This document shows, one piece after another, positions 40,007 to 49,861 of a stretch of DNA of 64,000 bases; within the stretch, counting starts at the first letter, position 1; every line of letters starts with the position of its first letter. The DNA is from Devosiaceae bacterium. GTDB taxonomy: Bacteria; Pseudomonadota; Alphaproteobacteria; Rhizobiales; Devosiaceae. Location of the stretch: assembly GCA_965284115.1 (NCBI GenBank), contig CBDIRF010000010.1, positions 71,171 to 135,170 of the forward strand, written 5' to 3'. The notes beneath the pieces are model-generated. The model had not been told where the DNA came from and ran no database searches. It worked only from the letters and a program-made list of their open reading frames with translations. The translations under genes and the position numbers were made by a program.

Positions 40007-40500
40007 AACGCGCCGTTCTGTTCTTCACGCTTCTCAGTATCGCTGCCAATGCCGGTCCCGCAGCTGCCCATGCCAAACTTGAAGGCGGCGGCGCCAGGAT
40101 CGGCCAGCCGTTCACCGCCGACATCGAGGTGCCGCACGGATGCGATGGCAAGCCGACGACCGACGTGCTGGTGCAGATCCCGGACGGCTTCCTGAACGCC
40201 AAACCCGTTGCCGCAGAAGGCTGGACGGCTTCCGTAAAGACCGGCCCCTACTCTGAACCGCACAAGCTCGACGGAGCAGTTTTCACCGAGGGCGTTACCG
40301 AGGTGAGTTGGTCGGGCGGCAGCCTCGCGGATGCGCAGACCAAGACCTTTGCGATCGAGGGCGTGTTCGCCAGCGATCTGAAACCTGGCGCTGTGTTCTT
40401 TCCAATGGTGCAACTCTGCCCCGATGGCGGTGAGCAGGCGTGGATCGGCACTGACGCAGACAGCAACAATCCGGCACCGAGCGTAACGCTCGCGCGCTAA
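40003..40500 (+). CDS. YcnI/DUF1775 family copper-binding protein
   Basis: Signal peptide ending AAA/H, VPHGCDG.PT, IP.G...AKP...GW, EVSW.GG.L, FP.VQ.C. Confidence 0.88.
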   Translation: MKRAVLFFTLLSIAANAGPAAAHAKLEGGGARIGQPFTADIEVPHGCDGKPTTDVLVQIPDGFLNAKPVAAEGWTASVKTGPYSEPHKLDGAVFTEGVTEVSWSGGSLADAQTKTFAIEGVFASDLKPGAVFFPMVQLCPDGGEQAWIGTDADSNNPAPSVTLAR

Positions 40501-40681
40501 GTCTCAGTATCGCGGCAGGGCGGCGGCGTTGCCGTCGCCTGTTCTTTCAAGGTGCACTCCGATGCTCTCGCGCATTCGCTTTCTGGTCAGGTCGCTCATT
40601 GCGGTAGCGGTTGGATCCGACCATCGCACCCTACAAGTCATGGGATGCCGCGGTCGGCAAAATCCGGAGATTGTTGGCGCG

Positions 40682-42716
40682 ATGAATGCCATGATCGCTT
40701 ACATTCGTTCTCTTGCCATCGCATTGCTGGTGCTGTTTGCCGGTAGCGGGGTTGCATCCGCTCACAGCGCCCTCATCACCGCGTCACCGCCGCAGGACGC
40801 GCTCCTGCAGACGCCTCCCAGTTCCATTTCGCTCGAGTTCAACGAGAGCGTGATCCCGCTGAGCTTCCAGCTCTTCGCGCCGGACGATACCCGCACCGAC
40901 CTGAGTGACCAGGTCAGCCGCGGCGCGAAAATCGTACTTCCGCTCGATGGCGAGCTTGAACAGGGGACGTATGTCCTGAGTTGGCGGGTTACATCCGAGG
41001 ATGGTCATCCGATCGCCGGGTCGCTCGTCTTCTCGATCGGCCGCCTGACCAGTCCTTCGGCCGAGGCGCTCCGCCTGTCCGATCCTGCCGTGCAGGTCCT
41101 CATCGGCATTGCGAAGGCCGTCGCCTATGTTTGCCTGTTCGGCGGAGTTGGAGCGGCCCTGTTTGCTTCGCTGGTTGCCCCGCTGCCGCGGCGGACGCTG
41201 ATACCAGGCATAGGGCTGGCGATGGTTGGCCTGCTGACGGTCGGCGCATCCCTTGGTCTACAGGGTCTCGACGCACTCGGCCTGTCGGTTGACGGGTTCT
41301 TCAACCTGCGCGCCTGGCAGGCGGCACTGGACACCAGCTACGGCGCCACGGCGGTGCTGTTCATTTTCGCGCTGCTTTTCGCGGCTGCGGCGCTTACTCA
41401 TGCAGGCTGGGTGGCCCGGGTCGTGGCGATACTCAGTGCTGCCTCTCTGGGGCTCGCCATGGCATCGAGCGGTCATGCCAGTGCGGCCGATCCACAGTGG
41501 CTGACCCGTCCGGCGGTCTTTGCCCATGCCATTGGCATAGCGTTCTGGGTGGGGTCGCTTGCGCCGCTCGCTGTCTACTTGCGGTCAGATTCCGAAAACA
41601 GCCGGGTCGCACTCGAGCGGTTCTCGCGTCTCATCCCCTGGGCCGTCGCTGCGGTCGTGCTTTCCGGCAGTACGCTCATCGTCATCCAGATGGGGTTTCC
41701 CAGCCGGCAATGGCTGGCTCCCTATGGCCTGCTGATGCTGGCCAAACTCCTGCTGCTCGTCCTGTTGTTCGGGCTTGCCTTGTTCAATCGGCTGCGGCTG
41801 ACCATCCCGGCACTCGCGCACGAGTTCGAGGGCGATCCGCCACCTGGGCCTGTCGGTGCGGGCGGAGATCGTGGTGGTGATCGTGATCCTCGCGCTGGTA
41901 GCGTGCCTGCGCTTTACCGCACCCCCGCGCGTTCTGTCGCAGATCTATCCCGATCCGGCCTATGTCGAACTCACCGACGGAACGACCAGGGCCAGCGTCC
42001 TCGTCGATCCGGGCCGGCCCGGGCTGGTTTCGGTCAACGTGGCGGTGACCGATGCCAACGGACCGATCGCTGCCAGCGCCGTCACTGCGTCGTTCAGGCA
42101 GCCGGAGATAGGCATCGAGCCGATCACCCGCGACGCAACCGACCTGGGCAATGGCTACTGGCGCGTCGATGGCCTGATGCTACCGGTGCAGGGGGTGTGG
42201 GACGTGACGCTCGATGTGCGACTGAGCCGCTTCAGCCAGGCCCAACTGCACGGGAAACTGACAATAGAGAGCCTGCAGGGGTCTACCCGGCCGCCGACGG
42301 TCGTCGCCAGCATCGGCCCGCTGCAGATTGCCGATCCCTTCAGCCGCGCGACCCTGCCTGCCGCGCCGATCGGCGGAGCCTATTTCGTGGTGTTCAATAC
42401 CGGCGAAACGGAGGATGTGATCGTTTCGGCCACAACGCCCATCGCAGGCGAGGTCACGGCGCATGACATGCAGGCCATCAACGACATCATGCGCATGCGC
42501 CAGCTCACTCAAGGCATCGTCATTCCGGCCGGGCAAGCCGTGAGGCTCGAGCCAGTCGGCCTGAACCTGATGCTGGAGCCTCTGGCGGAGCCCCTCGTCG
42601 AGGGCACGACTTTCCCGCTGACAGTGACATTCAAGAATGCCGGCAGTGTCACATTCGATGTGCCGGTGCTCGGCATCACCGCCAACGGCGTCGCTGGAGC
42701 TGCCAGTGGCAGCTGA
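40682..42716 (+). CDS. CopC-CopD-YtkA-like-PCuAC fusion; one extra base near 41827
   Basis: ASA/HSAL, L.FNE, WRVTSEDGHP (CopC); SGHASAA, FWVG.L, YG.L...K (CopD); IGIEP...PVQGVW (YtkA-like); RATLPAAPIGGAY...HDM...M.M (PCuAC). Confidence 0.8.
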
Positions 42717-42743
42717 GTTGGAATCCACTCGAACACGAGAAGA

Positions 42744-43370
42744 ATGGTCTTGAAATCCCTTCGCCTTTTTCAGGTTGTCGTCTGGCTTGCTGTGCTGGTT
42801 GCCGGAGCCGGCGTCGGCACCATGTATTTCATGGGGCAGTCGAATTCAGTGCTCGTTGGCCCAGTGAAAGCGGTTGGTGGAGGCGGCTCGGCTCTGGGAA
42901 AAGCGCCTTACTCGCTGACAGATACGCGGGGCCAGCCCTTCAACAACAACACGCTCCGAGGTACGCCAGCGGTCCTGTTCTTCGGCTTCACCAATTGTGC
43001 CGACGTCTGCCCAACGACGGTGGCGAACCTCGCCTTATGGTACGACGAACTCGGCACCGACGCGGCCAACCTTGGTGCGTACTTCATCAGCGTCGACCCG
43101 GAGCGCGATACCACCGCGGTACTTTCCGACTATTTGTCATGGCAGGACAAGGTGGTGGGCGTAACCGGAACGCCGGAGGAGATACAGAACGTCACCAAAT
43201 CCTGGGGCGCCTTCTACGAAAAGCGTCCTGCCGCAGGCGGGACCTACTCGGTCGAGCACACGGCGTCCATTTTCCTTGTCGGCCGGGACGGCGAACTTCA
43301 ATCGCTCATCCGCTATGGGGAGCCGCAGGAAGCAGCACTGCAAAAGCTGCGGGCCTTGCTTGCCTCTTGA
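42744..43370 (+). CDS. SCO1/SenC copper chaperone
   Basis: FFGFTNCADVCP, ISVDPERDT, YSVEHT. Confidence 0.93.
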   Translation: MVLKSLRLFQVVVWLAVLVAGAGVGTMYFMGQSNSVLVGPVKAVGGGGSALGKAPYSLTDTRGQPFNNNTLRGTPAVLFFGFTNCADVCPTTVANLALWYDELGTDAANLGAYFISVDPERDTTAVLSDYLSWQDKVVGVTGTPEEIQNVTKSWGAFYEKRPAAGGTYSVEHTASIFLVGRDGELQSLIRYGEPQEAALQKLRALLAS

Positions 43371-43735
43371 TTTCTCGACTGCCTGTCCACCACTGCCACG
43401 CCATCCGCGCGGCTGAAAGCCAAGTGCGAAATCCGCTTTTGGCGCATGGCGGACCCTTCCCACGGCAAGACAGGGGACCGTCATCATAAATGGTCCTCCC
43501 GGCGTCAAACCAGGGACACAAAGCAGGTCCTAGATATTTCTGCGTTTGTTGTGCTTTCGAGGCGGAAAAGCCTGCCATCCCTGCCTTCGCGGGGAACGGG
43601 GGTTTTCCTGGAGGCTTTCCAGCTAAACCGGCAGCGCTGACAAGGCTTTGCCATGCGGGCGGGCAAAATCGCAGGAGGCGGTCTTGAAATTTGACTGCAG
43701 GTCCATAATTTTGCGTGGACGCGTTGGCCGACACG

Positions 43736-43795
43736 ATGCTAATGCGCTTTTCAGACGTCAGGAGGCGTCCAGGATGGAGAAGGCTTTTCAGGTGA
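43736..43795 (+). CDS. Candidate Arg-rich leader peptide MLMRFSDVRRRPGWRRLFR
   Basis: 7 of 19 codons are Arg, five of them AGG/AGA; followed by two hairpins and a pyrimidine tract. Confidence 0.35.
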   Translation: MLMRFSDVRRRPGWRRLFR

Positions 43796-43877
43796 CCCGA
43801 CGACCGTAATCGGTCGGCAGCCGGCTTAAGTGGGCCGGCACGTTTGTCCTCGTCTTTCTTGTTCCTGGACCAGTCAC

Positions 43878-44438
43878 ATGATCGCGCCTTCCGTCTCCGT
43901 CGCTGCTGAAGCAGCGCCTCCGCAACTCGGCCTGCCCACCATTCGCTTTGCTACTCCCGCCGACGACCAGTTCGTCGACGACCTGCAGGCTTTGGCCTTC
44001 GGGCCGGGCCGCTTTGCCCGTACGGCGTTCCGGGTGCGCGAGCGCTTCCCGATCGACACGACGCTGAGTCTGATCGCCGAAGTGAACGGGCAGGCCTGCG
44101 GCTCGGTGTGGATGACCCCGATCAGCGTCGGCGGCATCGATGGCTATATGCTTGGGCCCCTGGCGACGCACCCGGATTTCCGCAAGCGCGGCGCCGGGAA
44201 GCTCTTGGCCAAGGAAGTGACGCGGATTGCGCTCGAGCGCGCAGAGGGCAGCTTCGTGCTGCTGGTCGGCGACCGCGACTATTACTGCCCGCTCGGCTGG
44301 GTGCCGACTCAGCTCGGCGCCATCGAGTTTCCCGGGCCGGTTGATCCGAGCCGGGTGCTGGTCTACTCCAACGACCCCACGATGGCGGTGCGCCTCGCGG
44401 GCCCGATCAAGGCGTTCGGCGCCGGCAAGCGCTCCTAG
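43878..44438 (+). CDS. GNAT N-acetyltransferase (YhbS-like)
   Basis: AFGPGRFARTAFRVRE, LGPLA.HP..RK.G.GK.L, LLVGD..YY..LG. Confidence 0.9.
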   Translation: MIAPSVSVAAEAAPPQLGLPTIRFATPADDQFVDDLQALAFGPGRFARTAFRVRERFPIDTTLSLIAEVNGQACGSVWMTPISVGGIDGYMLGPLATHPDFRKRGAGKLLAKEVTRIALERAEGSFVLLVGDRDYYCPLGWVPTQLGAIEFPGPVDPSRVLVYSNDPTMAVRLAGPIKAFGAGKRS

Positions 44439-44548
44439 ACATCTCGCCGTTTTGCGAAACGGCGATCACTCCAGTGTTCGCGTGTTGCTCACGGCACTTG
44501 CCTGCCGCCCGATCCGCCATCACTTTCAGGCGGATCATGCAGGCGGTT

Positions 44549-45169
44549 ATGGACGACCAGATCATCGACAGAATCAGCGGCCGGCTGCTGCGCGAACCGG
44601 AAGCGTTCGACGCGTCGGCCGGCATGCTGCCCGACTGGGTGCCGGACACGCCGCCGGGCCGCCCGCCGGTGCCGGCCGCGGTGCTGATCGCGCTGGTCAG
44701 GCGCCCCGCGGGGCTGTCCGTCCTCTATACCGAGCGCTCCCCGGAGCTGCGCTCGCATTCGGGGCAGATCGCCTTTCCGGGTGGCAAGGTCGACCCCACC
44801 GACATCGATGCCGCAGATGCGGCGCTGCGCGAGGCCTGGGAGGAAGTGCAGCTCGAGCGGAGCGAGGCGCGGGTGCTCGGCTTTATGCCGCTCTACTATA
44901 CCGGCACCAACTACCTGATCACCCCGGTGGTGGCGCTGGTCGAGCCAACGAAGCCCTTCATCCCCAATCCGGGCGAGGTTCGCTCGGTGTTCGAGGTGCC
45001 GCTCGACTACCTGATGACGCCAGCCAGCTACTCGACCTTCCACATCAAGCGGGCCGGCCGCGAGCACTCGACCTGGCAAATCGAGCATGCCGGGCTTGTC
45101 ATCTGGGGGATAACAGCGAACCTTACACGTCGTTTCCACGATCTGGCGCTGCGCCCAGAGCAGGACTGA
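44549..45169 (+). CDS. CoA pyrophosphatase (NudL-type Nudix)
   Basis: AAVLI.L, T.RS..LR.HSGQIAFPGG, AALREA.EEV, NPGEV, IWGITA. Confidence 0.9.
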   Translation: MDDQIIDRISGRLLREPEAFDASAGMLPDWVPDTPPGRPPVPAAVLIALVRRPAGLSVLYTERSPELRSHSGQIAFPGGKVDPTDIDAADAALREAWEEVQLERSEARVLGFMPLYYTGTNYLITPVVALVEPTKPFIPNPGEVRSVFEVPLDYLMTPASYSTFHIKRAGREHSTWQIEHAGLVIWGITANLTRRFHDLALRPEQD

Positions 45170-45183
45170 AGCCCGGAGGGCGG

Positions 45184-46386
45184 TTGAACAAGCTGGGAGA
45201 CATCGACGAACGCCTCAGGCGCGCCGACTGGCTGATGCGGCCGCAAACGCAGCGCCTGCTGGCCTTGCTCGATGGCGCAGCGGGCCGAACCCGGGTGGTT
45301 GGCGGCATCGTGCGCGACACGCTGCTGGAGCTGCCGCGCGAGAACTCCGACATCGACATGGCGACCGAACTGACGCCCGAGGAAGTGACCCTGAGGGCGC
45401 AGCGGGCGCGACTGTCGGTCTACCCCACCGGCATCGAGCACGGCACGGTGACGCTGAAGCTCGATGACCTGACGGCCGAAGTGACGACGCTGCGCGAGGA
45501 TGTCGAGACCGACGGCCGGCACGCCGTGGTGCGCTTCGGCACCGATTGGCGGCAGGACGCGCTGCGCCGGGATTTCACCCTCAACGCGCTTTATGCCGGG
45601 ATGGACGGCACCCTGTTCGACCCGCTGCACGGGCTGGAGGATTGCCTCGCCCGCAAGGTGCGGTTCATCGGCAAGCCGGCTAAGCGGATCGCCGAGGACC
45701 GGCTGCGCGTCTACCGTTTCTTCCGCTTTTCGGCGAGCCATGCCGGCGAGCAGTTCGATGCCGATGGGCTCGCCGCCTGCGCCGCCGCGGCGGGGACGCT
45801 CGACCGGCTGGCGGCCGAGCGGGTCGGGGCGGAGATGCGGCGCATGCTGGCGCTGCCACGCATCGCCAATACGCTCAAAGCCATGCGCGAGGCCGAGATC
45901 CTGGCGCTGCCCGAGGCGCTGATCCGGCTGCTGCACGGCTATGAGCGGCGGGCGCGGAAGCCCGAATATGCGGCGCGGCTGGCGATCCTGGTGTCGGAGA
46001 TCGAGGCGGACCGGCTGCGGGCCATGTGGCGGCTGTCGAACGACGATATCGCGACGGCCGCGTCGATCCTCTCGGCGGCAAGGCTGATCGCCGAGTTCAG
46101 GCTGAACGAGGCGGCCTACCGGCATCCCGGCGCGCTGGCCGACGGCATCGAGGTGGCGGCGACGCTGTCCAACTGGGGCGATGCCGGCAGGCTCGCCGTG
46201 GTCGAGCAACTGCAGCGGCTCGACGTGCCGCGCTTCCCGATCCGCGGCAGTGACCTCATCGCCGTCGGCATGAAGGCAGGGCCGGAGCTGGGGGCGGAAC
46301 TGGAACGGCTCGAACGCGCCTGGATCGAAAGCGGCTTCGCGCTCGATCATGCAGCGCTGCTGGAGATGGCAAGGGCTGGACGCTAG
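45184..46386 (+). CDS. cca: CCA tRNA nucleotidyltransferase
   Basis: VGG.VRD.LL, DIDMAT, TGIEHGTVT, DA.RRDFT.NALY, ED.LR..RFFRF; TTG start with ggagg RBS. Confidence 0.9.
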   Translation: MNKLGDIDERLRRADWLMRPQTQRLLALLDGAAGRTRVVGGIVRDTLLELPRENSDIDMATELTPEEVTLRAQRARLSVYPTGIEHGTVTLKLDDLTAEVTTLREDVETDGRHAVVRFGTDWRQDALRRDFTLNALYAGMDGTLFDPLHGLEDCLARKVRFIGKPAKRIAEDRLRVYRFFRFSASHAGEQFDADGLAACAAAAGTLDRLAAERVGAEMRRMLALPRIANTLKAMREAEILALPEALIRLLHGYERRARKPEYAARLAILVSEIEADRLRAMWRLSNDDIATAASILSAARLIAEFRLNEAAYRHPGALADGIEVAATLSNWGDAGRLAVVEQLQRLDVPRFPIRGSDLIAVGMKAGPELGAELERLERAWIESGFALDHAALLEMARAGR

Positions 46387-47561
46387 CGCGAGGCCCGCGC
46401 CAGCAGCGCGTCGCCCAATTCCAGCAGATCGGCATCGGAGCCTGCCGAGCCGAGGAGCGACAGGCCGAAGGGGAGACTTTCGGTTTCGCCAAGCGGCAGG
46501 CTGAGCTGGGGCAGGCCGCTGAGGCCGGCATGGCACAGCATCGAGATCGAGCGCAGCCGGAAGGCCTCGAGCGCCTCGCCGGCATTCCCGGGCAGCGGGG
46601 CAGCGCTGGGGACGGTGGGGAAGGCGAGGGCGGTGCCGGGCGGGACCAGCGCCGCCACTTCGGCGGCGATCTGGCGGCGGACGACTTGCGCGGCGGCGTA
46701 GTCCGCGGCGCCGACGGTTGCGGCCCAGGCGAGGCGCTCGCGCACCCCATCGCCGAGCCGGGGCTGGTTGGCTTCGATCCAGGCCCCATGATCCTGCCAC
46801 ACCTCATAGGCCTGGATGGTGCGGAACACCTGCCGCCGGGCTTCGAACCCAGCGGGGGCCACGGCGACATCCGGGCCCCGGTCGACCAGCGTTCCGAGCC
46901 CTGCCAGCATGCGCTCGGTTTCCCCCATCTCGGGCGCGCCGAGGACGAAGGCGGCAATATCGGGCACGAAGCTGAAGCGCGTGATCGGCACGCGCGGCCG
47001 GGGTGGGAGCAACAGTTCGGCGATCTGCCGGTAGAGCGCCATGTCGCGGGCGAACCAGCCGACCGTATCGAACGAGCGTGCCAGCGGCTGTACGCCCGAC
47101 ATGTCGATGGCGCCGTGGGTGGTGCGCAAGCCGATGAGGCCGCAATAGGCGGCGGGGAGGCGGATCGAGCCGCCGGTATCGGTGCCGAGCGCCATGTCGG
47201 CGAGCCCCGCCGCCACCGCCACGGCCGAACCGGATGACGAGCCGCCCGGAATGCGGCCCGGGGCCCTCGGGTTTACCGGGGTGCCGTAATGCGGGTTCTC
47301 ACCGTTCATCGCATAGGCGAACTCGTCTGTGTGGGTCTTGCCGATCAGCCGCGCCCCGGCGCCGAGCAGGGTTTCGACGGCATGGGCGTTGACCGTTTTG
47401 TTGCCGCTGGTGGCGCGGCGCAGCGGATGCCCGCCGCCGGTCGGCAACCCCACCACATCGAACAGGTCCTTGACCGCAAGCGTCAGCCCGTTGAGCGGTC
47501 CGGGCCCCGGCAGGTGGACAACCGGATAGTCGATGAAGGCGCCAACGGGATCGACAGCCAC
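46383..47561 (-). CDS. Amidase-signature family amidase
   Basis: AVKDLFD, GKT.TDEFAY, PGGSSSGSA, GTDTGGSIR.PA. Confidence 0.92.
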   Translation of the reverse strand: MAVDPVGAFIDYPVVHLPGPGPLNGLTLAVKDLFDVVGLPTGGGHPLRRATSGNKTVNAHAVETLLGAGARLIGKTHTDEFAYAMNGENPHYGTPVNPRAPGRIPGGSSSGSAVAVAAGLADMALGTDTGGSIRLPAAYCGLIGLRTTHGAIDMSGVQPLARSFDTVGWFARDMALYRQIAELLLPPRPRVPITRFSFVPDIAAFVLGAPEMGETERMLAGLGTLVDRGPDVAVAPAGFEARRQVFRTIQAYEVWQDHGAWIEANQPRLGDGVRERLAWAATVGAADYAAAQVVRRQIAAEVAALVPPGTALAFPTVPSAAPLPGNAGEALEAFRLRSISMLCHAGLSGLPQLSLPLGETESLPFGLSLLGSAGSDADLLELGDALLARASR

Positions 47562-47798
47562 GAGTGGGCTCCTGCTGATATTTTAGTGGACCGGAAAATG
47601 CAGCATGAGGCAGCCATTGTCCGTCGCCGAGAGGCACGGAGCTACCTTGCTACGCTGCGAAAATCGTAGGAAATCAGGGCTCTTTCATCGAAGGCAGTAC
47701 CTCTCTGCCCGGCGGGACGGTGGATCTCGCTCGGTCGGTTCTGATGACATCAAAAATGTTAGATGGCGACAAGCCAAAAATTTTACATAGGAAAATCA

Positions 47799-47816
47799 AT
47801 ATGATGACTATCATAT
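47799..47816. promoter_or_regulatory. Palindrome, candidate GntR operator
   Basis: atatgat-gact-atcatat in the AT-rich divergent region; related tgatgacatca at 47742. Confidence 0.5.
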
Positions 47817-47906
47817 GAAGTGCAGAATTGCAAAAACGGCAAGAATCTTCTTGCCAAGCCTGATCGGCGGTGCTTGCCTTGGCTATCGAAAAACGGGGGC
47901 AGCGGC

Positions 47907-48596
47907 ATGGCTGACGATCGGCAGTTGAGCGACGGGGCGATCAGCAACCGGCGGTCGGATTTGGTGTTCGAGGCGCTGCTCGCCGATATCGTGAAGGTGG
48001 CGCGGAAGCCCGGCGAGGCGCTCAACAAGGACGATATCGCCACCGAGCTCGGGGTATCGCGCCAGCCGGTGACCGACGCCATCAACCGCCTGGCCAACCT
48101 TGGCCTCGTGACGGTGATCCCGCAGGTCAATTCCTATGTGTCGCGGATCTCGCCCGCCGATGTGATCGAGAGCTCGTTCCTCCGCAGCGCCGTCGAGGCG
48201 CAGGTGGTGCACGAGCTGGCCTCGCACCCGCGCGCCCCAATGGTCGAGCAGTTGCGCGATCAGCTCGCCGTGCAGGTGAAGCTGGTGGCCGCCAATGAGG
48301 TCGATGGCTTTCACGAGGCGGATGACGCCTTCCACCGCATGCTGTCGGAGCTGGCCGGCCTGCCGGGCCTGTGGGACCAGATCGCCGCCGCCCGCCTGCA
48401 CCTGGTGCGGGTGCGCCGGCTCGGCCTGCCGCGCCCCGGCCGCCTTGCCATCTCCTACGCCGAACATTCCATGGTCGTCGACGAGATCGAGGCCGGGCGG
48501 CCGCGCAAGGCCGCCAACACCATTGCCCAGCACATCCGCTACAACGAAGGCGAACTCCGCCGCCTGCAGAAGGATCTGCCGCAATACTTCCTTTAA
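47907..48596 (+). CDS. GntR family regulator (FCD domain)
   Basis: PGE.L....IA.ELGVSRQPV.DA, D..FH, EH......I, HI. Confidence 0.92.
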   Translation: MADDRQLSDGAISNRRSDLVFEALLADIVKVARKPGEALNKDDIATELGVSRQPVTDAINRLANLGLVTVIPQVNSYVSRISPADVIESSFLRSAVEAQVVHELASHPRAPMVEQLRDQLAVQVKLVAANEVDGFHEADDAFHRMLSELAGLPGLWDQIAAARLHLVRVRRLGLPRPGRLAISYAEHSMVVDEIEAGRPRKAANTIAQHIRYNEGELRRLQKDLPQYFL

Positions 48597-48642
48597 TGCG
48601 GGCGGACCTCTCCGCCCGGGGGACATTTCACGGAGAACGCAA

Positions 48643-49791
48643 GTGACTAAAGCCAAGTCGACCCTACGCCTTCTCGCCCTTTCGCTGTTGCTGACGACTG
48701 GCCTGTTCGCACCAGCCATGGCCGGCGACCTGCCGCCGGAAGCCGCCGAACTGATGGTGCCGCTGCCGCTGTCGCCGACCGGCCAGCCGGTAGTGGGTTA
48801 TCCTGACGGCGCCCCGGCGACGCTGCCGACGGCGCTGACCTTCACCGATGAGGAGCTGGCCAAGCTCAAGGCCGGCGGCTTCAAGGCGGGTATCGCGATG
48901 CAGGCGCTCGACTCGCCGTGGAACACGCTGCAGGTCGAGGCGCTGACGAAAACTCTCAAGGAGTACGGCATCGATGTTGTCGCGGTAACCGACGCCAAGC
49001 AATCGCCGACGGCGCAGGCCGACCATCTCGACGGCATGGTGGCGCAGGGCGTCGACCTGATCTTTTCGGTACCGATCGATCCGCAGGGCCAGTCCGAGAC
49101 CTACCAGCGGGTGTCGAAGTCGGGCGTCAAGATCGTCTTCATGGACAACGTCGCCTACGACATGGCGCCGGGCAAGGACTACGTTACGGTCGTTGCCTCC
49201 GACAACGAGCAGAACGCGGTATTCGCCACCGATGAGATGATCGCGGCGATGGGCGGGAAGGGCAAGGTCGCGCTGATGACCTATGTCCAGGAGGCCTATT
49301 ACTCGATCGCGGCGCGCGTCGCCGGCTTCGAGAAATCGGTGGCGGCGCATCCGGGTGTCGAAGTCGTGGCGCGTGAGAAATTCACCCAGCCGCGCGAAGT
49401 GTTCGACAAGATCATCGCAGTGCTAACCGCGCATCCCGACCTCAAGGGGGTGTTCGCGGTGTGGGGCGACCCGGCCATGCAGGCGATCGCCGGCGCGGAG
49501 TTCATCGGCCGCACCGACCTCGTCGTCACCACCAATGACCTGGGTCCGGACTCGGCGCTCTATGTGGCCCGCGACCAGATCGTCGCCATCGGCGCGCAGC
49601 TGCCCTACGACCTCGGCATTGCCGAAGCCCAGGCCGGCGCTGCCGCTTTGCTCGGCAAGCCAGTGCCGCCCTATATCTCGCTGCCCTCGCTGCGGGTGAA
49701 GAAGGTGAACCTGCTCTCGGCGCTCGAACAGGTGACCAAGCAACCCGTGCCGGAAGACATCGTCAAGGCCTGCGCCGGCGCCTGCTTCTGA
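48643..49791 (+). CDS. Sugar ABC substrate-binding protein
   Basis: Signal peptide (APAMA/G), RbsB-like fold motifs IVFMDN, VASDN, GVFAVW. Confidence 0.88.
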   Translation: MTKAKSTLRLLALSLLLTTGLFAPAMAGDLPPEAAELMVPLPLSPTGQPVVGYPDGAPATLPTALTFTDEELAKLKAGGFKAGIAMQALDSPWNTLQVEALTKTLKEYGIDVVAVTDAKQSPTAQADHLDGMVAQGVDLIFSVPIDPQGQSETYQRVSKSGVKIVFMDNVAYDMAPGKDYVTVVASDNEQNAVFATDEMIAAMGGKGKVALMTYVQEAYYSIAARVAGFEKSVAAHPGVEVVAREKFTQPREVFDKIIAVLTAHPDLKGVFAVWGDPAMQAIAGAEFIGRTDLVVTTNDLGPDSALYVARDQIVAIGAQLPYDLGIAEAQAGAAALLGKPVPPYISLPSLRVKKVNLLSALEQVTKQPVPEDIVKACAGACF

Positions 49792-49861
49792 TCTCAACTC
49801 CAGGCACTTTGGCCAGGGCGGCAGCTTGCCGGCCTGGCCTTGCCGCGAACGGGAATTCTCG

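Noticed and set aside
43448-43480. Weak resemblance to a tRNA-Glu fragment (possible att site of the copper islet)
   Set aside because: Too degenerate, no T-loop or CCA, and no matching copy at the other edge
44227-45183. N-terminal extension making CCA enzyme 719 aa (likewise for guaD, frcA, TetR, cupin, soxR, ycnI ORFs)
   Set aside because: Extensions overlap real upstream genes in other frames or intergenic DNA; internal starts with RBS or stop-start overlap fit family lengths
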